DNA from: an uncultured Hyphomonadaceae bacterium | Lineage (GTDB): Bacteria > Pseudomonadota > Alphaproteobacteria > Caulobacterales > Hyphomonadaceae | Assembly (NCBI GenBank): GCA_964597685.1 | Contig: CAZQZC010000001.1 | Coordinates: forward strand, 1-40,799 | Direction: 5' to 3' | DNA length: 40,799 nt | The notes under the pieces: generated by a model | What the model saw: the letters and a program-made list of their open reading frames with translations, nothing else | What the model was told of the DNA's origin: nothing | The model's database searches: none | Shown: positions 1 through 8,661 of the stretch, one piece after another | Layout of the letters: every line of letters starts with the position of its first letter | How positions within the stretch are numbered: position 1 is the stretch's first letter | Translations under genes and position numbers: made by a program

Positions 1-1
1 G

Positions 2-538
2 GTTATTACGGGCGACTTCAACCAGCCAATCAATGGTACGGGTGGCAGTATCTTCGGCTTCGAATTCGCCTATTCCCAAGCGTTCGATTTCTTGCCGGCG
101 CCGTTCGACGGGTTTGGCTTAATTCTGAATTATTCGTTCACGGAAAGTGAAATCGATGTGCCGCCTTTGGGCTCCTTCCCTGGCGACCCCGTATCGATCG
201 CGCTTCCAGGCCTGTCGCGCCACGTCCTCAACCATACCTTCTACTATGAGAAGGGCGGCTTCTCGAACCGTCTCGCGGGTCGGTTCCGGACAGACTTTAT
301 ATCTCCGCAGATTGGTTTGAACGATCAATTGCCGAACACGAACGGCGAATACGTTCTGGATTACCAAGCGTCGTACGAATTCGACGAAGATGGTCCGTTG
401 GGTGGTCTGACCCTGTTGTTCCAGGCGAACAATTTGACCGACGAACCTGTGACGACGTTCTTCGGCGCTGAAGAGGCCACCGGTACGATCCAATTCTTCG
501 GACGTCAGATCTTCTTCGGCGGCAGTTACACGTTCTGA
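2..538 (+). CDS. TonB-dependent outer-membrane receptor, C-terminal fragment (5' end lies outside the window)
   Basis: The reading frame is open from the window edge (VITGDFNQPINGTGG...). It ends ...FFGRQIFFGGSYTF with a terminal Phe, which is the C-terminal beta-barrel signature of TonB-dependent receptors. Strand-like alternating motifs are present (LTLLFQANNLTDEP). Confidence 0.85.
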   Translation, partial: VITGDFNQPINGTGGSIFGFEFAYSQAFDFLPAPFDGFGLILNYSFTESEIDVPPLGSFPGDPVSIALPGLSRHVLNHTFYYEKGGFSNRLAGRFRTDFISPQIGLNDQLPNTNGEYVLDYQASYEFDEDGPLGGLTLLFQANNLTDEPVTTFFGAEEATGTIQFFGRQIFFGGSYTF

Positions 539-569
539 TGAAGAGCGTTTAAAGGCCATTTCTCCCACT

Positions 570-604
570 CGCCGCTCGGTTTTCCGCCGGGCGGCGTTTT
601 GTTT
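570..604 (+). terminator. Putative rho-independent terminator after the TonB-dependent receptor gene
   Basis: CGCCGC (570-575) pairs with GCGGCG (591-596) and is followed by TTTTGTTTG. The loop is long at 15 nt, so confidence is only moderate. Confidence 0.4.
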
Positions 605-643
605 GTGGGGGACAGGGCGATCGAGTAGGAGGCCGATCTCGCC

Positions 644-2311
644 ATGACGACACTGTTTCGCGCCCTTTTCGTATCGGCGGCGCTTGCGGCTTGCACCGCC
701 CCGGCGCCCGCTGTTCCGCAGGCGGACATTGGGAGTGCGGCAGACGCGATCCGCGTGGATGTCGCGGCCGGGCGTGTTCAGGATCGCCTGCCTTGCAATC
801 GTGGGGACCTGAGCGCGGGCTGCGGCGAGGTGATCTACCAGGTCATGGTGGAGGCCTTTGTGGACGCGGAGCCGCGTTTTGATTACGGCTTCGGCTACGG
901 CCCCAGCCATCATCGCGGCGATATCCGCGGCGTCATCGCGGCGCTCGATTGGATCGCCTCGACGGGCGCGACAATGGTCTGGCTGACCCCCGTCTTCGAT
1001 TCAGAGGCCGGCGCGCCGCAGGATCGCTTGCGCGGCGACGATCCCGTCGATCCACGCCTAGATGCGACGGGCTATTTCCCACGCGATTACTTCAACATCG
1101 ACCCGGGCTTCGGCAATAAGGCGGACGTCCGCCGGCTGGTCTCCGAAGCGGAGGCGCGTGGATTGTCGGTCATGTTCGACGGCGTGTTCGGCCACCATAA
1201 GGGCGCGGTTGCGCCGTCGCCTTCGGGGCTGACGCCCGCAGATGAGACAGATACGGGCGCCTATGACGGCGGGGCTCGGAACTATCCAGGCCGTTTGGTC
1301 GACTGGTCAGACCCCGCCACAATGGACTTCTACGCCGAATTCATCCGCTATTGGGCGGACGAATTCGGCGTTGCGTCGTGGCGCCTCGATCAGGTCTATC
1401 AGACCCCGCCGGAAGCCTGGAACGAGCTAACCGAGTTGATGCGCGACAGCGCCGCCGCGGTCGGCAAGCCGCACCTGCACGTTGGCGAGTACTGGACGGG
1501 CGCCGACGGGCTGGCGCGCTTGTTCGGAACCGATGACGCGCCCGGACTGACGGGCTTGTTCGACTTCCCCACGCGGTACGCCCTGGTGCAGGCCTTGGCG
1601 GTGGAGGAATCTGGCGCCGGCGGCGCGCCCGCCTCTATCTTGGCTGAGGATTGGTCGCTGGCGGCCCGCGCGCGGTACCCTGACCACGCCGTCCCCGTGG
1701 GGTTCATGGGCAATCACGACGTCGTCCGGTTCGGGGATCTTGTTCAACGCGGCGGTCTCGGCGATCCGGATGACGCCTCGTACTGGGATCGCCACCGCGC
1801 CGCCTTTGCTTTTCTGGCCGCGTATTCCGGGCCTATCGCGCTCTATTATGGCGAGGAGCTCGGCGAGGAAGTTCCAGGCTACGCTGAACAGATCGACGAA
1901 GGGTGCGCGGAGCGGGGACTATGCGACGATCACGCCTCGCGCACGAGCGGCAAAGTGCCGGGTGTTACCATTGAAGCGACCGAGCTTGATCCACGCGCTC
2001 TGGCGCTGAAGGACGACGTCGCGCGTTTGATGGCGATCCGCAAGGCGCATCCGGCGCTTTCGTCGGGCGCGCGCACCCATCTTTTTGCCGATGAAACACT
2101 CTACGCGGATCTGAAGTCCCTCGACGGGAAACGCGTCCTGTTCGTGCTGAATACGGGAACGACTGGGCGGCGCGTCGCGTTTTCGCCCATAGCGCTTGGC
2201 GGAGCGGTGTCGTCGGTCGACAGCCTTTGGGGCGAGGGCGCCTTGGGCGAAGCCGGCGATGTGGCGGTGGAGCTTCCGGGCCTGTCTGCGGCGCTTATCG
2301 CATTGGATTGA
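644..2311 (+). CDS. Alpha-amylase family (GH13) glycoside hydrolase, lipoprotein
   Basis: Signal peptide with lipobox LAAC (Cys17). GH13 conserved regions are present: VMFDGVFGHH (I), WRLDQV (II, nucleophile Asp), HVGEYW (III, acid/base Glu) and FMGNHDVVRF (IV). An AGGAGG lies upstream. Confidence 0.85.
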   Translation: MTTLFRALFVSAALAACTAPAPAVPQADIGSAADAIRVDVAAGRVQDRLPCNRGDLSAGCGEVIYQVMVEAFVDAEPRFDYGFGYGPSHHRGDIRGVIAALDWIASTGATMVWLTPVFDSEAGAPQDRLRGDDPVDPRLDATGYFPRDYFNIDPGFGNKADVRRLVSEAEARGLSVMFDGVFGHHKGAVAPSPSGLTPADETDTGAYDGGARNYPGRLVDWSDPATMDFYAEFIRYWADEFGVASWRLDQVYQTPPEAWNELTELMRDSAAAVGKPHLHVGEYWTGADGLARLFGTDDAPGLTGLFDFPTRYALVQALAVEESGAGGAPASILAEDWSLAARARYPDHAVPVGFMGNHDVVRFGDLVQRGGLGDPDDASYWDRHRAAFAFLAAYSGPIALYYGEELGEEVPGYAEQIDEGCAERGLCDDHASRTSGKVPGVTIEATELDPRALALKDDVARLMAIRKAHPALSSGARTHLFADETLYADLKSLDGKRVLFVLNTGTTGRRVAFSPIALGGAVSSVDSLWGEGALGEAGDVAVELPGLSAALIALD

Positions 2312-2420
2312 GCGTCAGCAAAAAGACTCCCAAGTCTGCGTGATCGGGGTCCGATCGTGTCTGTATTCCGCGCCAGACTGGCGATAGTGTGCCGCCGATT
2401 CAAGTCAGCGGAGGCCGCCC

Positions 2421-3917
2421 ATGCGCGAACTACACCATTTCATATCCGGACAAATCGCGGCCGGCACGTCGGGACGCTTTAGCGACGTGTTCAACCCCAA
2501 CACCGGCGAGGTTCAAGCGCGTGTCGCCCTGGCGACGGCCGCCGAGGTCGACGCCGCGGTGCAGGCCGCGAAGGCTGCGCTGCCTGGTTGGGCGGCGACC
2601 AACCCTCAACGCCGCGCACGGGTCATGTTCCGGTTTAAGGAGCTTCTTGAGGCGAACATCGACGACCTTGCCGCGCTGCTCTCCGCCGAGCACGGCAAGG
2701 TGATTGCGGATTCGAGGGGCGACGTGCAACGCGGCTTGGACGTGGTGGAATTCGCTTGCGGGATCCCGCACCTGTTGAAGGGCGAGTACACCGAGGGCGC
2801 GGGGCCGGGCATTGACGTTTACTCCATGCGCCAGCCGCTCGGCGTGTGCGCGGGCATTACGCCATTCAATTTCCCCGCCATGATCCCGATGTGGATGTTC
2901 GCTGTGTCCGTCGCCTGCGGGAACACGTTCGTACTAAAACCATCTGAAAAGGACCCGTCGGTGCCATTGCGTCTGGCGGAATTGTTCTTGGAGGCTGGCG
3001 CGCCCGAGGGCGTTCTCAACGTGGTTCACGGCGACAAGGCCGCCGTCGACGCCATTCTCACCCATCCGGACATCAAGGCCGTCAGCTTTGTTGGCTCTTC
3101 GGACATCGCCCAATACGTCTATTCCACCGGCACGGCCCATGGAAAACGCGTCCAGGCCATGGGCGGCGCAAAGAACCACGGGATCATCTTGCCCGACGCC
3201 GATATGGACCAAGTGGTGAAAGACATTGTCGGCGCTGCGTACGGATCGGCGGGCGAGCGCTGCATGGCGCTGCCGGTTGCGGTCCCAGTGGGTCAGGATA
3301 CGGCGGACGAATTCGTCGAGCGCATGGTGGATGCGGCCCGCGGCTTGAAGGTCGGCGTGTCGACCGACCCCGACGCCCATTACGGCCCGGTGGTCTCCGC
3401 CGCGCATAAAGCCAAGGTCGAAGACTACATCCAGCTCGGCGTCGACGAAGGCGCCGACCTCAAGCTCGATGGCCGCGGCCACACTCTGCAAGGCCATGAG
3501 AACGGCTTCTTCGTCGGCCCCTCCCTGTTCGACCATGTAAAGCCCGGCATGCGCTCTTATGAGGAGGAGATCTTCGGCCCCGTGCTGCAAGTCGTGCGCG
3601 CTGAGAGCCTGGAGGAGGCCGCAGCGCTGCCGTCCAATCACCAATACGGAAACGGCGTCGCCATCTTCACCCGAAACGGCCGCGCCGCACGGGAATTCGC
3701 AAGCCAGGTCAATGTCGGCATGGTGGGCGTCAACGTGCCGATCCCGGTGCCGGTCAGCTACCACACATTTGGTGGTTGGAAGCGGTCGGCCTTCGGCGAT
3801 ACGAACCAGCACGGCCCCGAAGGCGTCCGCTTCTGGACGAAGATCAAGACCGTCACCCAGCGCTGGCCCGAAGGCGACATCGGCGACCAGGCGTTCATCA
3901 TCCCGACAATGGGGTAG
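2421..3917 (+). CDS. mmsA: Methylmalonate-semialdehyde dehydrogenase (CoA-acylating)
   Basis: 498 aa aldehyde dehydrogenase. N-terminus is HFISGQ..., with FNFPAMIPMWMF, a catalytic Cys in GERCMAL, and the EEIFGPVL motif. It is immediately followed by mmsB. Confidence 0.92.
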   Translation: MRELHHFISGQIAAGTSGRFSDVFNPNTGEVQARVALATAAEVDAAVQAAKAALPGWAATNPQRRARVMFRFKELLEANIDDLAALLSAEHGKVIADSRGDVQRGLDVVEFACGIPHLLKGEYTEGAGPGIDVYSMRQPLGVCAGITPFNFPAMIPMWMFAVSVACGNTFVLKPSEKDPSVPLRLAELFLEAGAPEGVLNVVHGDKAAVDAILTHPDIKAVSFVGSSDIAQYVYSTGTAHGKRVQAMGGAKNHGIILPDADMDQVVKDIVGAAYGSAGERCMALPVAVPVGQDTADEFVERMVDAARGLKVGVSTDPDAHYGPVVSAAHKAKVEDYIQLGVDEGADLKLDGRGHTLQGHENGFFVGPSLFDHVKPGMRSYEEEIFGPVLQVVRAESLEEAAALPSNHQYGNGVAIFTRNGRAAREFASQVNVGMVGVNVPIPVPVSYHTFGGWKRSAFGDTNQHGPEGVRFWTKIKTVTQRWPEGDIGDQAFIIPTMG

Positions 3918-3921
3918 GGCG

Positions 3922-4812
3922 ATGCAGACACTGGCTTTTATCGGACTGGGGAACATGGGCGGCGGCATGGCCGCGAACCAGGCCGAGGCCGGGCGCGATG
4001 TGCGCGCCTTCGACCTGTCGCCTGACGCCTTGAAACGGGCCGAAGCCGCAGGCTGTCAGATCGCAGCGTCTGCGGCGGAGGCTGTGAAGGACGTCGACGC
4101 GGTCGTCACCATGCTGCCGGCGGGCAAGCATGTTCGAGCCGTATACGAGGCTGACATCCTGCCCAATGCGCCGTCCGGCGCGCTGTTAGTTGATTGCTCG
4201 ACGATTGACGTCGACAATGCTCGCGCAGTCGCCAAGTCCGCGGTCGAGGCGGGGTTTCGCGCCGCCGATGCGCCTGTATCCGGCGGCACGGCGGCCGCCG
4301 ACGCGGGTACGCTCGCCTTCATGGTGGGGTGCGAAGCGGACGATTTCGAGGATGTGAAAACCGTCGTCGATCCCATGGCGCGCGTGGCGATCCACGCCGG
4401 GGCGTCCGGCGCAGGGCAGGCCGCGAAGATCTGCAACAATATGTTGCTCGGCATTTCCATGATTGGAACGTGCGAGGCCTTTGCGCTGGCTGAAAAATTG
4501 GGCCTCGCGGCCGATCGTTTCTTTGATATCGCTTCCCAATCCTCAGGCCAGTGCTGGTCGATCACGTCCTATTGCCCGGTCGAGGGTGTCGGGCCGGAGA
4601 CGCCGGCGGATCGCGCCTTTGAAGGCGGCTTCGCCACCGACATGATGCTGAAGGATTTGAAGCTCGCTTTGGACGCGGCGATGACCAGTGGCGCGGCGAC
4701 GCCATTGGGCGCCCAGGCCGAGGCGCTTTACGCCGTTTTCAGCCGCATGGGACGCGGCGGCGAGGACTTCTCGGCAATCATCAAACTGCTGACGGGCCGA
4801 GCCGCGGATTAG
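3922..4812 (+). CDS. mmsB: 3-hydroxyisobutyrate dehydrogenase
   Basis: I placed the start at the internal ATG giving MQTLAFIGLGNMGGGMA (Rossmann GxGxxG), 4 nt after the mmsA stop. The upstream part of track ORF 3559.. overlaps mmsA and is rejected. The product is 296 aa and contains the GAGQAAKICNNM motif. Confidence 0.9.
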   Translation: MQTLAFIGLGNMGGGMAANQAEAGRDVRAFDLSPDALKRAEAAGCQIAASAAEAVKDVDAVVTMLPAGKHVRAVYEADILPNAPSGALLVDCSTIDVDNARAVAKSAVEAGFRAADAPVSGGTAAADAGTLAFMVGCEADDFEDVKTVVDPMARVAIHAGASGAGQAAKICNNMLLGISMIGTCEAFALAEKLGLAADRFFDIASQSSGQCWSITSYCPVEGVGPETPADRAFEGGFATDMMLKDLKLALDAAMTSGAATPLGAQAEALYAVFSRMGRGGEDFSAIIKLLTGRAAD

Positions 4813-4834
4813 GCGCGCTGGACGCCTGGGGCGG

Positions 4835-4860
4835 GTCCGCCTAAACGGCGGGTGATTTTT
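4835..4860 (+). terminator. Weak putative terminator after mmsB
   Basis: CCGCC (4837-4841) / GGCGG (4847-4851) stem with a 5-nt loop, then GTGATTTTT. The stem is short. Confidence 0.3.
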
Positions 4861-4877
4861 CACACGGACCTGCCGCC

Positions 4878-6200
4878 ATGCTCGACCTGAAAGCCCTCCG
4901 CGACGACCCTGAGGCGTTCCGCACCGCTCTGAACACCCGGGATCCGGGGCTGGGCGACAAGGTCGACGACATTCTCGCCCATGATGCGGCCGTGCGTCAG
5001 GCCGTGGCCGATAAGCAGGCGGCGGAAACCGCGCGGAACGCGAAGTCCAAAGAGATCGGCAAGGCAAAAGCGTCGGGCGACGAGGCGCTTTTCGAACAGC
5101 TGCGCGCCGAGGTGGCGGCGGCGAAAGAGACGATCGAGACGGCGGGCGAGCAGGAGACCGCGGCGCGCGAGGAGCTCGACAAGCTGCTCTACGGCCTGCC
5201 CAACCCGCCTTTGGCCGATGTGCCCGCCGGCCAAGACGAGACAGAGAATGTGGAGGTTTCGCGCTGGGGCGCGCCGAAGGAATTTGACTTCACGCCCCAA
5301 GCCCATGACGACCTCGGCGCGGCGCTGTCCGATTCCAAAGGTTTCAAGCTGATGGATTTCGAAGCCGCCGCCGCGATGAGCGGAGCTCGCTTCGTGGCGC
5401 TGCGCGGCGATCTCGCCCGGCTCGAGCGGGCATTGGCGGCCTTCATGCTGGACCTGCAGACGGGCGAGCATGGCTATGAGGAAGTGTCGCCGCCGTTCTT
5501 GGTGCGGTCCGACGCCATGCTCGGAACGGGTCAATTGCCGAAGTTCGGCGAGGATTCATTTGAGACCACCACCGGGCAGTGGCTGATCGCCACGTCCGAA
5601 ATCTCTCTCACCAACCTCGTCCGGGAGCAGATTCTCGCGGCCGGCCAACTTCCTATCCGCATGACGGCCCATACGCCGTGCTTTCGCTCCGAGGCTGGCA
5701 GCGCGGGGCGGGACACAAAGGGCATGATCCGCCTGCACCAATTCAACAAGGTCGAGCTGGTCTCCATCGTGCGCGACGAAGTCGACGGGCTCGAAGAACT
5801 CGAGCGCATGACGGCCTGCGCCGAGGAGGTGCTGAAGCGCCTGGAGCTGCCATACCGCAAAATGCTGCTCTGCACGGGCGATATGGGTTTCGGCGCGCGC
5901 AAGACCTTCGACCTCGAGGTCTGGCTGCCGAGCCAGGAGGCCTATCGCGAGATCTCGTCTTGCTCCTATTGCGGCGACTTCCAGGCCCGCCGCATGGATG
6001 CGCGCTGGCGCCCGGCCGTTACCGAGGACGCTCCCAAGCCAAAGCCTGAATTCGTCCACACGCTGAATGGCTCGGGCCTGGCCGTGGGCCGCACGCTTGT
6101 GGCGGTGCTGGAAAATTATCAGGAGGCGGACGGGTCCATCCTCGTGCCCGACGCCCTACGCGGCTATATGGGCGGGCAGGAGCGGATCGCCGCCGCATGA
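4878..6200 (+). CDS. serS: Seryl-tRNA synthetase
   Basis: [12 protein letters not shown] start, followed by a long coiled-coil arm. Class II motifs are present: [25 protein letters not shown] and [18 protein letters not shown]. Confidence 0.95.
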   Translation: MLDLKALRDDPEAFRTALNTRDPGLGDKVDDILAHDAAVRQAVADKQAAETARNAKSKEIGKAKASGDEALFEQLRAEVAAAKETIETAGEQETAAREELDKLLYGLPNPPLADVPAGQDETENVEVSRWGAPKEFDFTPQAHDDLGAALSDSKGFKLMDFEAAAAMSGARFVALRGDLARLERALAAFMLDLQTGEHGYEEVSPPFLVRSDAMLGTGQLPKFGEDSFETTTGQWLIATSEISLTNLVREQILAAGQLPIRMTAHTPCFRSEAGSAGRDTKGMIRLHQFNKVELVSIVRDEVDGLEELERMTACAEEVLKRLELPYRKMLLCTGDMGFGARKTFDLEVWLPSQEAYREISSCSYCGDFQARRMDARWRPAVTEDAPKPKPEFVHTLNGSGLAVGRTLVAVLENYQEADGSILVPDALRGYMGGQERIAAA

Positions 6201-6724
6201 GCGGCCCTCGTCTTGAGGTCGATGGATTGGTTCTGCGGGGGCCGGGACCCGAGGATTTCGAACGCTTCGCCCGTTTCTGGGCGATTGCGGAGCCCGATAC
6301 GCCGCGCAGCCCGCACAATCTGGACCGGGAGGCCGCATGGGCGCGGCTCCTTCGGTTCATCGGCCATTGGAGCGTGTTCGGCCATGGCGGCTTTCTCCTC
6401 CTCGACGGGGCCGGAGACATGATCGGAGAGGTTGGCGTCGCCAGATTCGAACGCGGCGCTGATTCGCGGATGGACGGCGCGCCGGAAGCGTTCTGGCGGA
6501 TTTCGCCCAGCCGGCGCGGGGCGGGCCTCGCACGACGGGCTCTGGCCGCTATCCTGGACTGGCACACGGCGGAGAAGCCCGTTGGCCGGATCAACGCTAT
6601 GATCGATTTCGATAATATCGCTTCTTTGAAGACGGCGGAGCGTTTGGGGTTCCAAGTTTTCGGCGAGACCGTCTACAAGGGCGCGATCGTCTCGCTGCTG
6701 TCGCGGGACGGCGTCGCCGGTTAA
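6197..6724 (+). CDS. GNAT family N-acetyltransferase
   Basis: ATGA overlap with the serS stop. The product is 175 aa with an acetyl-CoA-binding-like segment [17 protein letters not shown] and the RimJ/RimL-like architecture. Confidence 0.7.
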   Translation: MSGPRLEVDGLVLRGPGPEDFERFARFWAIAEPDTPRSPHNLDREAAWARLLRFIGHWSVFGHGGFLLLDGAGDMIGEVGVARFERGADSRMDGAPEAFWRISPSRRGAGLARRALAAILDWHTAEKPVGRINAMIDFDNIASLKTAERLGFQVFGETVYKGAIVSLLSRDGVAG

Positions 6725-6774
6725 GATCATCCACTGCGCCGCAGGCACTGCGCGGTGAAGCGAAAGGGCGTCTC

Positions 6775-7539
6775 ATGCGCATCCTTCTCACCAACGACGA
6801 CGGCGTGAATGCGCCCGGGCTGTCGATCCTCGAAGCGATCGCGCGGGAGCTGTCGGACGATATTTGGATCGTTGCGCCGGAGGTGGAGCAGTCGGGTCAA
6901 TCCCGCGCTATCACGCTGACCCAGCCGGTGCGCACGCGGCCGGTGCGCGACAAGGTCTGGGCGGTGTCGGGCACGCCGTCGGATTGCGTGTTGTTGGCGC
7001 TCGAAACTCTCATGGATGGCCAGCGTCCGGATCTCGTCCTCTCGGGCGTCAATCGCGGGCAGAACATCGCCGAAGACACCTCCATGTCCGGCACGGTGGC
7101 GGCGGCCATGTTCGGCATGCAGATGGGCGTGCCCTCTATCGCGTTAAGCCAGGCGCAGAATTTCCGCGAGCGCGGCTCTTTGCCTTGGGAGACGGCGAAG
7201 GCCTGGGGGGCAAAGGTTCTGAAGCGCGTGCTGCAGAACGATTGGCCAGGCGACGTTGTGATCAATGTCAATTTCCCCGACCGGGAGCCGGACGAGGTCG
7301 CCGGCGTTCAGATCACGCGCCAGGGCTTTCGCGACGAGACGATCATCCACACAGACAAACGTACAGACCTGCGCGGCAACGATTATTTCTGGATCGGCTA
7401 CCGCGGCAAGCTCTCGCAACCGGATCAGGGTACGGACCTGCGCGCGATTTACGACGGCTATGTTTCAGTGACGCCGCTGCACGTTGACCTGACCCACGAT
7501 CCGTATCTGGAGGAGATGCGCGCCGCATGGGCGACGTAA
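6775..7539 (+). CDS. surE: 5'/3'-nucleotidase SurE
   Basis: Canonical MRILLTNDDGVNAPGL N-terminus and the GVNRGQN and SGTVAAAM motifs. Confidence 0.95.
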   Translation: MRILLTNDDGVNAPGLSILEAIARELSDDIWIVAPEVEQSGQSRAITLTQPVRTRPVRDKVWAVSGTPSDCVLLALETLMDGQRPDLVLSGVNRGQNIAEDTSMSGTVAAAMFGMQMGVPSIALSQAQNFRERGSLPWETAKAWGAKVLKRVLQNDWPGDVVINVNFPDREPDEVAGVQITRQGFRDETIIHTDKRTDLRGNDYFWIGYRGKLSQPDQGTDLRAIYDGYVSVTPLHVDLTHDPYLEEMRAAWAT

Positions 7540-8174
7540 TCTACGATCCTTTCCGGTCGGCGCGGCTGGTTCTGTCGCTACGCCAGGCAGGCGTCTCGGA
7601 TCAGGCGGTGGTTAAGGCCCTGGAGACAGTTTCGCGCGCGGCCTTTGTCTCAGACGATCTCGAGGACCTCGCCTTCGCCGACGTCGTTCTGCCGACAGCT
7701 TGCGGGCAGACGGTGTTTTCGCCCATCGTCGCCGGCAAATTGCTCCAAGCTCTCGAGCCGGGCGACGGCGTGGCTCGCAGTCTCGTAATAGGCGCGGGCT
7801 GCGGCTATCTTCCGGCGCTGGTTGGCGAGTTTTCAGACGAGGTTTTCGCGATCGAGCGGTACGGCCGCCTGGCTGCGCGTGCGGACGAGGCCCTACGAGC
7901 GCTTGGCGCCGATTCAATTCATATCCGCCAGGGCGACGGCCTGGCGGGCTGGCCGGAGCGCGGGCCGTTCGACCGGATTTTGCTGACCGGCGCCGTCGAC
8001 GCCGTGCCCGAAGCGCTGATTGAGCAATTGTCGCCGCAGGGCCGCTTGCTCTGTTCTGTCTCACGCGGCGATGTTCAATCGCTCTTGGCCGTTGACGCCC
8101 AGCGCGACCGCGTTGAACACCCGTTCAATGAAGCGCTTCCAATGTTGAAGGACGGGGTCGCGTCGGCCCTTTAG
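7527..8174 (+). CDS. pcm: Protein-L-isoaspartate O-methyltransferase family protein (divergent)
   Basis: Overlaps the surE 3' end by 13 nt in the conserved surE-pcm order. The SAM-binding motif reads LVIGAGCGY and a GDGLAGWPERGPFDRILLTGA motif is present. The GQT(V)FSP segment diverges from the canonical GQTISQP. Confidence 0.75.
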   Translation: MGDVIYDPFRSARLVLSLRQAGVSDQAVVKALETVSRAAFVSDDLEDLAFADVVLPTACGQTVFSPIVAGKLLQALEPGDGVARSLVIGAGCGYLPALVGEFSDEVFAIERYGRLAARADEALRALGADSIHIRQGDGLAGWPERGPFDRILLTGAVDAVPEALIEQLSPQGRLLCSVSRGDVQSLLAVDAQRDRVEHPFNEALPMLKDGVASAL

Positions 8175-8181
8175 GGCCTGT

Positions 8182-8210
8182 TTGCCAAGACTTGCAGCGA
8201 CGCCTATATG
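8182..8210 (+). promoter_or_regulatory. Candidate sigma70-type promoter for yajC-secDF
   Basis: TTGCCA-N17-TATATG lies 32 nt upstream of the yajC ATG. This is a pattern match only. Confidence 0.25.
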
Positions 8211-8241
8211 GGCGGCTCGCTGAGGGGAGGAGCCCGATCAC

Positions 8242-8640
8242 ATGACGGCACGTCTATTCACACTGGCCGCCGCCGCACTGGCCGTCGCCGCACCCGCCAT
8301 CGCCCAGAACGCGCCCGTTGAGGGTGAAGGACCGAGCGGTACGGCGATCTTCCTTCAGCAGCTCCTGTTCATTGTGCCGCTGATCCTCATCTTCTACTTT
8401 CTGCTGATCCGCCCCCAACAGCGCCGTCAGAAACAGCATCGTGAGATGTTGGAAGCTGTGAAGCGCGGCGACACGGTTATCACGTCTGGCGGCCTCGTCG
8501 GCAAAGTGACGAAGGTCGGTGAAACTGAATTGTCGGTCGAGCTTGCAGAGAATGTCCGGGTTCGCGTCGTGAAAACGATGATTGCGGATGTGCGCGCCAA
8601 AGGCGAGCCTGTCCCTGCGAACGACACCAAGCCGGCTTAA
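8242..8640 (+). CDS. yajC: Preprotein translocase subunit YajC
   Basis: GAGGGGAGGAG RBS. Motifs are LLIRPQQRRQKQHREMLEAVKRGDTVITSGGLVGKV. It sits directly upstream of secD. Confidence 0.93.
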   Translation: MTARLFTLAAAALAVAAPAIAQNAPVEGEGPSGTAIFLQQLLFIVPLILIFYFLLIRPQQRRQKQHREMLEAVKRGDTVITSGGLVGKVTKVGETELSVELAENVRVRVVKTMIADVRAKGEPVPANDTKPA

Positions 8641-8661
8641 GACCAAAACGGACCACAGCGC

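Noticed and set aside
3559-3921. N-terminal extensions of track ORFs: 3559 for mmsB, 11209 for the lipoprotein, 21875 for ribE, 31479 for the chaperone-like gene, 32184 for plsX, 27994 for DUF547, 24091 for nusB and 30316 for GT2.
   Set aside because: The extensions overlap the preceding gene or add Arg-rich sequence. In each case an internal start yields the canonical family N-terminus, signal peptide or lipobox, often with stop/start overlap coupling.
2934-3968. A 344-aa ORF antisense to mmsA. There are many similar long shadow ORFs, for example 119-913(-), 4860-5534(-), 6164-6748(-), 9130-9720(-), 22761-23414(-), 23582-24115(-), and the plus-strand ORFs inside asmA at 38491-39228 and 39610-40062.
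   Set aside because: Each lies entirely opposite or out of frame to a gene with strong family motifs. Their translations are Arg/Ala/Pro/Gly-rich low-complexity sequence, which is typical of GC-rich shadow frames. None has an RBS or a recognisable domain.
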